This document shows, piece by piece, positions 10,306 to 20,383 of a DNA stretch of 64,000 nucleotides. Within the stretch, counting starts at the first letter, position 1, and every line of letters begins with the position of its first letter. The position numbers were made by a program, and so were the translations under genes. The notes beneath the pieces were generated by a model, which made no database searches, was not told the DNA's origin, and saw only the letters and a program-made list of their open reading frames with translations. This stretch comes from Escherichia phage PNJ1902: sequence record OK254197.1; one strand, given 5' to 3'.

Positions 10306-10548
10306 TTACGATTCCTTGAGCAAAGAAGCAAGTTCAGCATAGACTTTATCTAACTCAAAGCCGATGCGAAGAGACACGTTTGTTTTCCGTTGTTTAAGTA
10401 ACCACTCGGATATGTTAGGGATGCCAGCTAATCTATGTGGTACCACCCTACATAGCTTCTCCGAAGTGTCGTAAACAGGAACTTTACGCTCTTTTACTGG
10501 GAACTTCCTTGTTTCCCATTTTTTATTCTTCACTGTCATTTCTAGCAC
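10306..10548 (-). CDS. Hypothetical protein
   Basis: 80 aa ORF between PN25 region and helicase gene. Confidence 0.35.
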   Translation of the reverse strand: MLEMTVKNKKWETRKFPVKERKVPVYDTSEKLCRVVPHRLAGIPNISEWLLKQRKTNVSLRIGFELDKVYAELASLLKES

Positions 10549-13312
10549 CTAGCTCTGCCATTGCTTCATCATGCATATGTTTCTCCTCATCAGTCATAAA
10601 CTTATATGGGATTGGCATACACTCGATTTTACAATAGGTTCTGTACCAGTCTACAATATTCTCCGTGTTCATATCCTTACCAATACCCATCATACCAAGA
10701 TACATTCTCGCATATTTTGGGTTAGCACTCTGACCTGTTTTAAGGAAGAAATCTTTCTTCTTACCTTTCAGAGCTTCTATGAATGGTTTGATAGTGACAT
10801 TTGAACACTTCTTAATATCTTCCCAGAACATCTCGTGCATTTTATGGAAGAATGCCGCTCGATCATTCGGTTTATCTTTGATATATTGTTCAACGTGCTC
10901 AACTGTTACATCTTTAATAGACTCAAGATGATAGTAGCGAACAAGAAGTAGTTTAGCCTCATACGCATCTGCATGGCGTGGAGCACAATAATCAGGAGTT
11001 GAATACAAAATGGCTTTGATTCGCTCTTCCGTATACTCTTTTCCTGCACCTTCGATAGTTCCCCAGCTTTCACTGAAAATATCAATAGTTGCACCCTGAT
11101 CAAGCAAGTAATAACGTAAGGTACTAGTATAGTTTCTAGATTCCAGCTCTCTACGACGTGCGTATAATTGCTGTGCTAACTCCAGCCAACCTTCATCAAT
11201 GTTATATTGTTCAGAACCTGCGGAGAATCCACTCGTAGATTTATCAATAAAATAATAAATGTTCTGAGCGCCACGGTCGCGCCTGATTGCTTGGAAACGC
11301 ATGTTTGGCGCTTGGTTACTGGTTCTAGTAATAACGAATACGTTATCAAAGTAGTTGAAGTCAACGCCACTCGTTACGGATGGACTACATAATAAGCAAT
11401 CAATTTGTTGATCAATTAGCTCATTAGTTGTGTAATCCAGAATACGTCGAATATCTACATCAGACGTAGAATTTGAGTGGATTTCCTTAACTAGGGCACC
11501 TGTATTACGACGTAATGCCATACCCTTCTCATTCAGTTCATCCGGCCCACAGTCAGATACTAGGATAGATTTCTCACCCATCTCTAGAGAAGTCTGAAGT
11601 GCAACCCAAATACTGGATTCATCCGGGAACTCATAAGCATGAGCTTTTGACAGCATCTTACGGTGATGGTTGTAAAATGCAACCGGTTTATCAAAATCAA
11701 TTAGAGAACCGTAGGCTTCAATCGTCTCAGCACTAATATCACCATCAGATAAGATTACAGTTTTAGCTGTCATGAGGATGTCACGTAGAACTTGAATACA
11801 TTCGCGACGTTGTTTAACAACGGGGGCGAATAATAGATCATTCATTACAGCGTCACATTCATCAATAAAAATGGTGTCTATTTGACCAATAAAACTCTTG
11901 AACTTATGCAAAGAGTGAATAGTTGTGGACATACGGTCAATAGCGCCACGCTTAAAATTAAGCATATCTACAGACTTATCATATTGTCCTGCACTAAATT
12001 TCTTAGCATTTGAAGATACCAGCGCTCTAGTATTTGTAACTGCTAAAAAGTTGCCAGGAAGAACACCTGCGTCCAGCCATTTAGTTACTGCCGTAGTTTT
12101 ACCAGTACCAAGACTTGCCTTAACAAATGTTATATGGCCTTTTGGGGGCACAATGTTAATCTTCAGGTATGGAACTTCTGGTGGAGAATCCACTTCTAAT
12201 TTCTTGAGTGGAACACCTTTCAGATTTAATGGAATCTCACGTTTAGAATTATTAACAAACGCTTTGAGAGCCTGCTTGCGACCGTTATTAAAGTAATCTT
12301 GAATATTACGACTATTATCTTTAGTTGCAATATATTCAGATAAAGCGGGTTTAATCTCACGTTCTAGCCATGCGAAATCAACACCATCCTCTAATGCTCT
12401 ATGGTATAGTTTGGGGATAATACGCAAGTACACCCCATCCTCAGCTTCTTCCAATTCGCTGATGGTTTCTTCTACTTTATCAGACGCGATCTTTTTGCCT
12501 TTAATTTGGTCAAGTAAGGAATAGAATTCCTCTTTAAACTCTCCTCTAGTTGTTTCATAATCAACCAGATTATTGGGCAAATTTACCTTCGAACCTTTAA
12601 CATACACCAGACGTGGCTTACTCTCCGCTTTAAACGGATCTACAATACCATCGCTAAATAAAGGGTCGGCAAAATAGTGAAGCTGGACAGATGAATAATA
12701 AGCTAAGTCGGCAATGTCAAAACCGAATTTTTGCTTACTACTATCGTTGATGGATGTAAATAAGAACTTTAGCTGACCCTGAGTTACCTTGACGTTAGAT
12801 TCTAGCATTAAGTGCATTCGGATACCTGGTTTTAGGCCAGCCGAAGATGATGCATGAGCAATAAACCCTGCATCAAGAGGAAACATGTCCTCACTAATAC
12901 TATTCAACATCTTAATAATGTGGCGGGCCATGCCTACAAGATTAAACTTGTCGTACCCACCGGTATCTAGGATACCATCCACGTCCATAGCAATAATATT
13001 GCTGGGGTTGGATACATTAAAGTTACCTTTCTTACGCCGCACGTTATTTTTAGGTGCAAGACATCGACCTCGTACCGCAACGATATGAGGATCAGACGTT
13101 AAACGTCTCATAAGTGGTAACATTTCGGCAAGGCTTTGCGGGTCATGCTCTTCTATTACATCAAATTTGAAGGGCATAGAGGCTGGTTTACCTTCTGGAT
13201 GCTCTTTCGAGAATCGCTTGGCAAAGGTATAATCCTCCGCTTTGATTTCTCGCCAAATACCTGTTGCTAAATCACGAGAAAATCCGGCGTGACCTTGAAG
13301 AATAGAAAACAC
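10523..13312 (-). CDS. Large SF2-type helicase / putative replication-origin-binding protein
   Basis: 929 aa; Walker A GTGKTT, Walker B-like IFIDECD. Confidence 0.6.
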   Translation of the reverse strand: MFSILQGHAGFSRDLATGIWREIKAEDYTFAKRFSKEHPEGKPASMPFKFDVIEEHDPQSLAEMLPLMRRLTSDPHIVAVRGRCLAPKNNVRRKKGNFNVSNPSNIIAMDVDGILDTGGYDKFNLVGMARHIIKMLNSISEDMFPLDAGFIAHASSSAGLKPGIRMHLMLESNVKVTQGQLKFLFTSINDSSKQKFGFDIADLAYYSSVQLHYFADPLFSDGIVDPFKAESKPRLVYVKGSKVNLPNNLVDYETTRGEFKEEFYSLLDQIKGKKIASDKVEETISELEEAEDGVYLRIIPKLYHRALEDGVDFAWLEREIKPALSEYIATKDNSRNIQDYFNNGRKQALKAFVNNSKREIPLNLKGVPLKKLEVDSPPEVPYLKINIVPPKGHITFVKASLGTGKTTAVTKWLDAGVLPGNFLAVTNTRALVSSNAKKFSAGQYDKSVDMLNFKRGAIDRMSTTIHSLHKFKSFIGQIDTIFIDECDAVMNDLLFAPVVKQRRECIQVLRDILMTAKTVILSDGDISAETIEAYGSLIDFDKPVAFYNHHRKMLSKAHAYEFPDESSIWVALQTSLEMGEKSILVSDCGPDELNEKGMALRRNTGALVKEIHSNSTSDVDIRRILDYTTNELIDQQIDCLLCSPSVTSGVDFNYFDNVFVITRTSNQAPNMRFQAIRRDRGAQNIYYFIDKSTSGFSAGSEQYNIDEGWLELAQQLYARRRELESRNYTSTLRYYLLDQGATIDIFSESWGTIEGAGKEYTEERIKAILYSTPDYCAPRHADAYEAKLLLVRYYHLESIKDVTVEHVEQYIKDKPNDRAAFFHKMHEMFWEDIKKCSNVTIKPFIEALKGKKKDFFLKTGQSANPKYARMYLGMMGIGKDMNTENIVDWYRTYCKIECMPIPYKFMTDEEKHMHDEAMAELGARNDSEE

Positions 13313-13810
13313 AACAATACTCCTGTGTTGGTTAATCGAAAATCTTTTCTTTAGGACTATTCAGAAAGAATAGAACAACTATTACTACTGTTTACGTAAA
13401 CATCAATTATCATCAAGCAATATGAATAAGTTATCATATCTCAGTGCTGTGCTCTCTTCGCTCATATACAGAATAGAACCTAGGTCATTGGCCGCTAAGC
13501 CGATTCTATTTGTCCTCACTATCCTATTGGTAGGTGACTACTGTACGTGCCGCCATTCGCTGCTCTTTTCGTTCGCACCCCCATATAAAGCTCTGCCTAT
13601 ATAACGAGCTAAATATGCACGGTTTGGATTTACCTTTCCGAATTCAGGGTACACAGATCACTTAATTGAAGATTAACTAATGCAATATAAACACTAGTAA
13701 TAGTTAAAACAACCCTTAATGGGGCAGCCTAACTGTTCCGTATCGCGGATTGTAAACAAGAAAAATTAGCAAAATCAATTTTTACTAATGTCTCTCAATT
13801 CAATATAAAT

Positions 13811-13839
13811 ATTATATCAAGATTTTGGGCATCCGGCAA
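13811..13839 (-). promoter_or_regulatory. sigma70 promoter
   Basis: RC: TTGCCG-17-TATAAT; fires toward helicase gene across ~480 nt ORF-poor leader. Confidence 0.55.
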
Positions 13840-13933
13840 GTAAAATTTTCCGGATGGTGCTATCAGTGTCTTTGAGCATAGAGAAAACCGAGCCAAAATG
13901 ACTCGGTAATCAGAGTTCAGCTAATAAAAATCA

Positions 13934-14323
13934 TTAGTCATTTAATCCCGGAACATAGATCCCAACACGGCTTAACTGTTCTTTAGCTTCTGCGAGAATA
14001 TCTGGAGTGTACTCCCAAATATCATCTTCCACCTGTAAAAGATGGGGCGAACAACCGTCACCAGGCACACGACATATGGCCAAACCACGTGGATGGAATA
14101 TAGAGAAGTTTAGGGCAACAATTAAACCCATAGCGGACAATTCATTCCAGTCCATCTCCCACTCCCTGGCATATCCAGATAGGAAAACGCCAATGCATGG
14201 ATCATCTATTTGCTGCTCAGGAAAAGTGAAGGAGGCTTGTCTTACCCCCAACCAACGTTGTAGCAGCTTCTCCGCACGTTTCACCAAACTAGGGTCAATC
14301 TGACGCCAATATACTTGTTCCAT
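13934..14323 (-). CDS. Hypothetical protein (paralog of 14333-14761)
   Basis: 129 aa; shares PCIG ... MGLxxALN(F/Y) ... (Y/M)(V/I)PGL motifs with neighbour. Confidence 0.55.
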   Translation of the reverse strand: MEQVYWRQIDPSLVKRAEKLLQRWLGVRQASFTFPEQQIDDPCIGVFLSGYAREWEMDWNELSAMGLIVALNFSIFHPRGLAICRVPGDGCSPHLLQVEDDIWEYTPDILAEAKEQLSRVGIYVPGLND

Positions 14324-14332
14324 TCTGCCTCC

Positions 14333-14761
14333 TTAAGCAGTTAAACCTGGGATCATATACCCGAAACGGCGAAGTTTCTGAATCCCCTCATTTACTTCTT
14401 CCGGTGAGTAAGACCAACCATAACGTTCATTAACCTGAAAACCAGGAGATTCACTAGTTTTATAGTTAACAACGAGGCGATGCTTAACAGGCATAAACAG
14501 CTTATAATTTAACGCAAAAACTAAGCCCATTTCGTCTAACTCTTTCCAGCCGACAATCTCTTCAAGACCCTCCTCTACCTGAACAATTAAACCAATACAG
14601 GGAGCCTCATCAATATCATCTTTAAAAGCAAAGGAGATTTCGTTATTCTCACACCATATTTTCAAGGAATTAATAGCCTCATTATACAGGCTAGAGGGGA
14701 GAGTACGCCAAAAGTTAACTAAAATTGGGTTAACTTCTTTAGAGAAGACATTATTGAACAT
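14333..14761 (-). CDS. Hypothetical protein (paralog of 13934-14323)
   Basis: 142 aa; same motif set as neighbour. Confidence 0.55.
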   Translation of the reverse strand: MFNNVFSKEVNPILVNFWRTLPSSLYNEAINSLKIWCENNEISFAFKDDIDEAPCIGLIVQVEEGLEEIVGWKELDEMGLVFALNYKLFMPVKHRLVVNYKTSESPGFQVNERYGWSYSPEEVNEGIQKLRRFGYMIPGLTA

Positions 14762-14763
14762 AT

Positions 14764-15270
14764 TTACACCTTAAATTGTTGTAAGGATTTACACATTTCA
14801 AGATCTGGGCTAAATTCTAGCATATAGCTAACAGCTTTTAAATCTTGAAGATTTATCCCAGTCCTACCGTTGACTATAACCGTTGGATACTGATACATCA
14901 TAGCACCCGCATCATCAAGCACACACCAATGTTTGAGCTTATGATTTTCAACAAAGCGAAGAACAGAATTACCCCTAGATAATCCACCCCCAGTAAAATC
15001 CGTTGTACCAAGAAAACGATCGATAAGACCTAATCTGGTCATAATCTGAACGTTCTCCATTTCATTTCTGACAGAAAACCAAGATGATACTCCAACAATC
15101 ATTATCGGAGAAGGACGAATAAAGTCCTGAAAAGCCTTGAGAAGCGGTTTGAAAACCCAATCACTTCCAAAGAAAATCTTTTCATCATCAGGTGCATGAT
15201 GGTGGGAGATGCTCGAATTGAGCACCCCATCAATATCTAGAAAAATAATTGGAGTATTACTTATTTCCAT
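14764..15270 (-). CDS. HAD-superfamily phosphatase-like protein
   Basis: 168 aa; N-terminal FLDIDGVL (DxDG motif I) and VLDDAG (motif IV-like). Confidence 0.5.
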   Translation of the reverse strand: MEISNTPIIFLDIDGVLNSSISHHHAPDDEKIFFGSDWVFKPLLKAFQDFIRPSPIMIVGVSSWFSVRNEMENVQIMTRLGLIDRFLGTTDFTGGGLSRGNSVLRFVENHKLKHWCVLDDAGAMMYQYPTVIVNGRTGINLQDLKAVSYMLEFSPDLEMCKSLQQFKV

Positions 15271-15466
15271 TTTTGTTCCTTTCTAAGAACGTATCATACT
15301 CAACCGTATCAACATATATAACACCATAGTCATCGGATTTATAGTCCATTTCCCACAGCTCACAGCGATAGCACCAACTACCATCCGCCCACACAAATAT
15401 ATCATCGGGATGTGTATACACAGGTTTAACTATGGACATATCTGTTTCCCTTGCTTCTCGACACAT
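15257..15466 (-). CDS. Hypothetical protein
   Basis: 69 aa ORF. Confidence 0.4.
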   Translation of the reverse strand: MCREARETDMSIVKPVYTHPDDIFVWADGSWCYRCELWEMDYKSDDYGVIYVDTVEYDTFLERNKNGNK

Positions 15467-16262
15467 AAGGTCTACCCTCTAAATGAGCTTCTACACGAGC
15501 AATAAAATTAGGGTCACTAAAAGCATCTACCGCACCTTTACTCCAGTAGGGGATACCACGTTCTTCTAGCTGGTACATCTCACTACGAGTCATACCTTGA
15601 TAGCCCGGTTCCGCCGCTAGGGCACTATCATAGTAGTTAACAACCATAAGTTTCGCAGCAGTCAAATTAAGAACAGGAAATAATTCCCAGTAGAAGTTAA
15701 TTACTTGGTTAGAGCAACCAACCACAATGATCATATCTTGACTGGTAATACCATCAAAAACATTATACATTTCTGCGTATGCAGGAGCATGCTCCCCAAA
15801 GAAGATTACATTAGGTTTAACCCATTTATAATCATCTGGGTCAATAGAATTGTATCCTACATCAATAATCCGTTTATTGCTACTATTGTAGCTATCAGCT
15901 ACAACAACCTCTTTTAAATATCCGTGAATGTGCAGAATGTCACTATGTGGAACGCCAGCACGCTCAATAAGGTCATCAACGTTGGTAGTCAAGTTTACTA
16001 CTTGACCTGGATATTGTTTATACCATTCACCAATACGCAAATGCGCAAGATTGGGTTCAACAGTTTTTAGCTCTTCACGACGCTTGTTGTAAAACATATG
16101 GGTTTTATGGTAAAAATTACCACGAAAGGCATGAATATTACATACTTCTTCTAGGTCATAATCATCCCACAGTGCTTTACCACTAGCAGTATCAGTACGA
16201 AAAGCTCGTACACCACTTTCAACACTCAAACCTGCACCGCTAATAATAATTAATCTACGCAT
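15426..16262 (-). CDS. Sir2 (sirtuin)-family protein, apparently lacking Zn-binding cysteines
   Basis: 278 aa; GAGLSVESGVRAFR (sirtuin GAGISxxSGIPxFR), TNVDDL, catalytic-type HG; no CxxC pairs. Confidence 0.6.
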   Translation of the reverse strand: MRRLIIISGAGLSVESGVRAFRTDTASGKALWDDYDLEEVCNIHAFRGNFYHKTHMFYNKRREELKTVEPNLAHLRIGEWYKQYPGQVVNLTTNVDDLIERAGVPHSDILHIHGYLKEVVVADSYNSSNKRIIDVGYNSIDPDDYKWVKPNVIFFGEHAPAYAEMYNVFDGITSQDMIIVVGCSNQVINFYWELFPVLNLTAAKLMVVNYYDSALAAEPGYQGMTRSEMYQLEERGIPYWSKGAVDAFSDPNFIARVEAHLEGRPYVSRSKGNRYVHS

Positions 16263-16476
16263 TTTTCACCTGTTCTCTGAAGTTTTGCCCAATACTGTCT
16301 AATAGCTCAGCTAATTCTTTATTGCCTTTCTCCATGAAGGTATTGGCAATAACTTCTAGCATAGTAGCGCAGGATTCAACACCATCCTTATAGCCAGTCT
16401 CCCAGTGCTGCATTAATGCGTTTTCCAAAGCGGAGTTTAAACCCTTATCTGGCAGCATCAGCTTCGAGAATGCCAT
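16255..16476 (-). CDS. Hypothetical protein
   Basis: 73 aa ORF. Confidence 0.4.
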   Translation of the reverse strand: MAFSKLMLPDKGLNSALENALMQHWETGYKDGVESCATMLEVIANTFMEKGNKELAELLDSIGQNFREQVKNA

Positions 16477-16648
16477 AAAGTTTCTCCTCTAGTTCCATAA
16501 CACGATTTTCATAAGAGGCACGCAACTTTTCAATTGCCAGCGCACGCACTGTAACCTCATTAGAATTAATAGCTAACTGGGCCAGGTCTTCTGTTTCCAT
16601 ACGTCCGTTGTAAATTAAGCGATATTTAAGATGTTTTACGTTTTTCAT
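16445..16648 (-). CDS. Hypothetical protein
   Basis: 67 aa ORF. Confidence 0.4.
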   Translation of the reverse strand: MKNVKHLKYRLIYNGRMETEDLAQLAINSNEVTVRALAIEKLRASYENRVMELEEKLYGILEADAAR

Positions 16649-16657
16649 TCTTGTTCC

Positions 16658-16939
16658 TTAGTTCTGTACTGTAAACTCATTCTTATCACAGTGAGCATAA
16701 TAATACCCATACATACGATAAATTTTCACAGCCTTAGTAGACCCCTTCGATTCTTCATAATCAATCCAGAGCCACTTGTCTTTACCTACATAATGTACCC
16801 GAAACTTCTTAACTTTCTTATCATTCCATGTTGCAACAACACGACGATAATCAAATCCTCCCAACCAATCTAGAGCCTTACGTTCTTCGCTAGGCTCTCC
16901 AAAATGGGAGACATCTACTTTAGGAAGCAACTCACTCAT
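16658..16939 (-). CDS. Hypothetical protein
   Basis: 93 aa ORF, first gene after promoter 16968-16996. Confidence 0.5.
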   Translation of the reverse strand: MSELLPKVDVSHFGEPSEERKALDWLGGFDYRRVVATWNDKKVKKFRVHYVGKDKWLWIDYEESKGSTKAVKIYRMYGYYYAHCDKNEFTVQN

Positions 16940-16967
16940 AGCTTTCTCCTCTCAAATTTATAAATCT

Positions 16968-16996
16968 ATTATATATAAATTTTTGGCTGAAAGCAA
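16968..16996 (-). promoter_or_regulatory. sigma70 promoter (T5 early type)
   Basis: RC: TTGCTT-17-TATAAT + ATAAATTTGAGAGGAG leader. Confidence 0.7.
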
Positions 16997-17038
16997 ATAA
17001 AATAAAAGCCAGGTCGACTAGCAACCCGGCTGATTAGC

Positions 17039-18913
17039 TTATTTAGCTCGAATATCCTGATGTTTCACCCTGCCCATCACCTCGTGCTGTTTGCCGGGGT
17101 TAAATGGACGAGCACCCGGATTTCCAAGATACCCACAAACTCGACGAGTTACTTCAAGAGTTTCGGGGTCATGATTACCACAGATAGGGCACTTAAATCC
17201 ATCTTCGGATGCTATTGTTTCACCTAAGAATCCACATTTACCACAAGAATCCACTGGGGTATTAATACCGAAATAATGAACCTTACTAGCAGCATAATTA
17301 ATAACCCATTCCAGTGCATCTGGGAATCGTTTCATATCCGGTAGTTCTACATAGGAAATGCACCCACCAGAAGCAATAGGAGTAAAGTTAGATTCATAAT
17401 CAAATTTCACATTGGGAGCAACTTTACGTTCTACATCAAGGTGGTGCGAGTTAGTGTAGTATCCTTTGGACAGAATATCTTCATGCTCTGGGAAATATTC
17501 ACGGTCTAGACGACAAAAACGGTCACATAGGGATTCTGATGGTGTAGCATACAGGCTATAACCTAATTTAGTTTCTTCCTTCTTCTGATCGACTCTATCC
17601 CGCATGTATTGCAATACACGCTGAACAAACTTGATGCAGGTCTCGGACATTGTGTCTACCTCTTTGCCAAACATGAACTGTAGCATTTCATGGCAACCAA
17701 TATACCCTAGAGATACAGAAGCACGGTTATAGAAATGATCGAATACATATTCATCAGGCCCCAAGCGTAACCCAAAGGCTCCTGACATATAGAGGATAGG
17801 TGCAGCTTTAGCTTGAATGTATTTTAAGCGATCAACTCTCCATTCCAACGCTTTTAATGCTGTATCCACACGTAGCTCAAGCAAATCAAAGAATAGATCA
17901 ATATTTCCTTCAGCTTCGATAGCAATTCTAGGCAAGTTTACAGAAACAACACCTAAGTTATTACGACCGGCAGTTTCACCATCTTCTGTAGCAGCTAGGA
18001 ATGAACGGCAGCCCATAGAAACTTTGTAGTCTCCAGTAACCTCTACAACCTTGTCATAGCTGATATAATCTGGATACATACGTTCAGCAGTACATTTCAT
18101 AGCTAACTTCTTGATGTCATAATTAACATCTCCTGGTTTCATATTTACTCCATCACGAAGTACAAATACCAGTTTCGGGAAGATAGCTGTACGTTTATTG
18201 ATACCTAAACCATCCATGCGTACTTTCAGTATTGCTTTCTGTACTAGACGTGCTTCCCAAGAAGTTCCTAGACCAAAACCAAAGGTAATAAATGGACTCT
18301 GACCATTAGAGTTGAACATGGTATTGATTTCATATTCTAAACCCTGACAAGCGTCATAGACTTCTTTTTCAGTCATCTCCGTAGCCATTACGGATGCTTT
18401 GGCTTCATCCTTAGTCCAACGTTTTGCAAACGCATGATTTTTATCATAGGATTTACGTACATAAGGGGCTAATACTTCATCAAGGCGATCTACAGAAGTA
18501 CCACCATACTGATGGGAGCTAACCTGAGTGATAATCTGAGCAGTAATAGCCGCCGCAGTAGTGATAGAGTTTGGAGTGCTAATTTCAGCATTACCAACCT
18601 TCATACCATTCTTCAACATATCTTCCAGAGCTACCAGACAACAGTTAGTCATACCTAATGCAGCATAATCAGCATCATGGAAATGAATATCCCCAATCAT
18701 ATGAGCATTTCGAATCTGAATTGGCATTTCTTCTAGAATCAGATACTTACTCAATTCACCTGCAAGCATATCCCTTTGTGTAGGGAAACGTTCTGAGGGT
18801 TTATTAGCATTATTAAACAGCAGCTCTTCATCTGCTGACCCTTCGATAATCTCTTTGCAGTTTCTAATTAACGCCTGCATTTCTTTATACTTTAATTCTT
18901 CATTGCGATTCAT
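17039..18913 (-). CDS. nrdD: Anaerobic ribonucleoside-triphosphate reductase (class III)
   Basis: 624 aa; C-terminal glycyl-radical motif RVCGYLG and Zn-ribbon CGKCGF...CPICG. Confidence 0.8.
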   Translation of the reverse strand: MNRNEELKYKEMQALIRNCKEIIEGSADEELLFNNANKPSERFPTQRDMLAGELSKYLILEEMPIQIRNAHMIGDIHFHDADYAALGMTNCCLVALEDMLKNGMKVGNAEISTPNSITTAAAITAQIITQVSSHQYGGTSVDRLDEVLAPYVRKSYDKNHAFAKRWTKDEAKASVMATEMTEKEVYDACQGLEYEINTMFNSNGQSPFITFGFGLGTSWEARLVQKAILKVRMDGLGINKRTAIFPKLVFVLRDGVNMKPGDVNYDIKKLAMKCTAERMYPDYISYDKVVEVTGDYKVSMGCRSFLAATEDGETAGRNNLGVVSVNLPRIAIEAEGNIDLFFDLLELRVDTALKALEWRVDRLKYIQAKAAPILYMSGAFGLRLGPDEYVFDHFYNRASVSLGYIGCHEMLQFMFGKEVDTMSETCIKFVQRVLQYMRDRVDQKKEETKLGYSLYATPSESLCDRFCRLDREYFPEHEDILSKGYYTNSHHLDVERKVAPNVKFDYESNFTPIASGGCISYVELPDMKRFPDALEWVINYAASKVHYFGINTPVDSCGKCGFLGETIASEDGFKCPICGNHDPETLEVTRRVCGYLGNPGARPFNPGKQHEVMGRVKHQDIRAK

Positions 18914-18942
18914 TATACTCTCCTTCTCTAACTAAGACTACT

Positions 18943-18971
18943 ATTATAACTCATTCGAGGGCGGATGTCAA
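18943..18971 (-). promoter_or_regulatory. Consensus sigma70 promoter for nrdD
   Basis: RC: TTGACA-17-TATAAT. Confidence 0.7.
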
Positions 18972-19022
18972 CAATATTTTACTATAAAGTTCTGTAACAT
19001 GATCTGAGTCAAAAAATTTTAT

Positions 19023-19051
19023 TTGCCAATCTCTATTAAAAATTGTATAAT
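19023..19051 (+). promoter_or_regulatory. sigma70 promoter
   Basis: TTGCCA-17-TATAAT. Confidence 0.55.
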
Positions 19052-19163
19052 CACGCACTCGTGCACGCGATATAAAATGATTATCTAGTATCACACATCT
19101 CACGTTAAAAGCAAGCAAATTTTTTATTTAAATGCAATATCATAGGCTTATTTAAAATTGTAG

Positions 19164-19192
19164 TTGCTTTTTACTGTATATATTGGTATAAT
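19164..19192 (+). promoter_or_regulatory. sigma70 promoter for phoH operon
   Basis: TTGCTT-17-TATAAT. Confidence 0.65.
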
Positions 19193-19256
19193 ATATTTGT
19201 AAGTTGATAAACAAGATCTTTTTGTTGATCCTCTGTTAGCGAAGTACACTATAGGA

Positions 19257-20018
19257 GTGTTATTTATGGGAAAAGCACGTCAAAAAAGAGAGAACCGCAA
19301 TGGTTCAAGAAAGCGTGGCAACAAATATGAGAACAACGTAATTCAGGCTGATTTTTCTAATGATTACGCTAATCCAGTTGCTAAATCCCTAGTAGGTAAA
19401 AACCGCGAGCAAAAATCATATATCAATATGATCAAGAACAACACAGTGACTGTGGGTATCGGTGAGCCGGGTACTGGTAAAACCTTTATTCCGTCCGTTC
19501 TTGCAGCTCAGGAACTCGTAGACATTCACTCAGATATTGAGCAAGTGATCCTCGTACGTCCTAATGAACCTCTAGGTAAGTCTCTTGGTATGCTTCCTGG
19601 TGATCTAGCGGAAAAGCTAGAGCCTTGGTTGGAACCAATAGCTGATGGTATGAAATGGGCCATCGGCGATCATGCATATAAGGGATATGTCGAACGTCAG
19701 AAAATTAAATTTTTGGCTATCGAACATGCTCGTGGCAGAACTTTCAACAACTCCTATGTAATTGTCGATGAAGCTCAGAATATTTCCGTTGAGGCAATGA
19801 TTTGTCTCCTAACTCGTGTAGGACAAGACTGCCGTTTAATTATCTGCGGAGATATAGCTCAGAAAGACATTAAAGGTGACTCAGGTCTAGCACTCCTTAT
19901 GGAAGTCTATGAAAAATACGAAAATGCCCCATTCTCAATGATCGAATTGATTGATAACGTTCGTTCTGCTGAGTCTAAAGCATTCTATGACATTTTTAAA
20001 GACATGGGGAAGGTGTAA
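19257..20018 (+). CDS. phoH: PhoH-like ATPase
   Basis: 253 aa; Walker A GEPGTGKT; Walker B VIVDEAQN. Confidence 0.8.
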   Translation: MLFMGKARQKRENRNGSRKRGNKYENNVIQADFSNDYANPVAKSLVGKNREQKSYINMIKNNTVTVGIGEPGTGKTFIPSVLAAQELVDIHSDIEQVILVRPNEPLGKSLGMLPGDLAEKLEPWLEPIADGMKWAIGDHAYKGYVERQKIKFLAIEHARGRTFNNSYVIVDEAQNISVEAMICLLTRVGQDCRLIICGDIAQKDIKGDSGLALLMEVYEKYENAPFSMIELIDNVRSAESKAFYDIFKDMGKV

Positions 20019-20019
20019 T

Positions 20020-20262
20020 ATGGGAAACGTCGTTCATCTGAGCCGTAAAACTAAAATACATCGTACTTCACTGAGTGCTGCTAATATGATTACACGTAAG
20101 GAAGGGGAAGAAAGTCCTAAGACAACCCTAGCGTGGAAAATTGTAACCTCAAATCCAAATAAACCATTCAATTATAACGAGCTGAGCACCTCCATAGATA
20201 TTCTATTAAAAGAGGCAGCTAGAGCTAAAGTAATTGAACAAGCTAAAAAGCTAGACTGGTAA
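20020..20262 (+). CDS. Hypothetical protein
   Basis: ~80 aa; ATG overlapping phoH stop; table ORF 19951 has a longer, probably spurious N-terminus. Confidence 0.45.
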   Translation: MGNVVHLSRKTKIHRTSLSAANMITRKEGEESPKTTLAWKIVTSNPNKPFNYNELSTSIDILLKEAARAKVIEQAKKLDW

Positions 20263-20268
20263 TATACA

Positions 20269-20301
20269 GGGCCTGGGTATGAAAATACCCGGGCCTTTTC
20301 T
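20269..20301 (+). terminator. Intrinsic terminator
   Basis: GGGCCTGGGTAT...ATACCCGGGCC hairpin + TTTTCT. Confidence 0.65.
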
Positions 20302-20383
20302 ATCAGAAAATTTTATTTGCCTAATGACCGATAATAAAGTAGAATATTCCTTAAATCCTGATAACTATAAAAAGGAAAGCCAA

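Noticed and set aside
19052-19059. CGTGCACG palindrome in the nrdD/phoH divergent promoter region as an operator
   Set aside because: Only 8 bp and a single copy; cannot be distinguished from chance without binding data.
20279-20383. N-terminal extension of the nrdA ORF as listed in the six-frame track
   Set aside because: This stretch contains the intrinsic terminator 20269-20301; a canonical ATP-cone start with a good RBS is at 20384.
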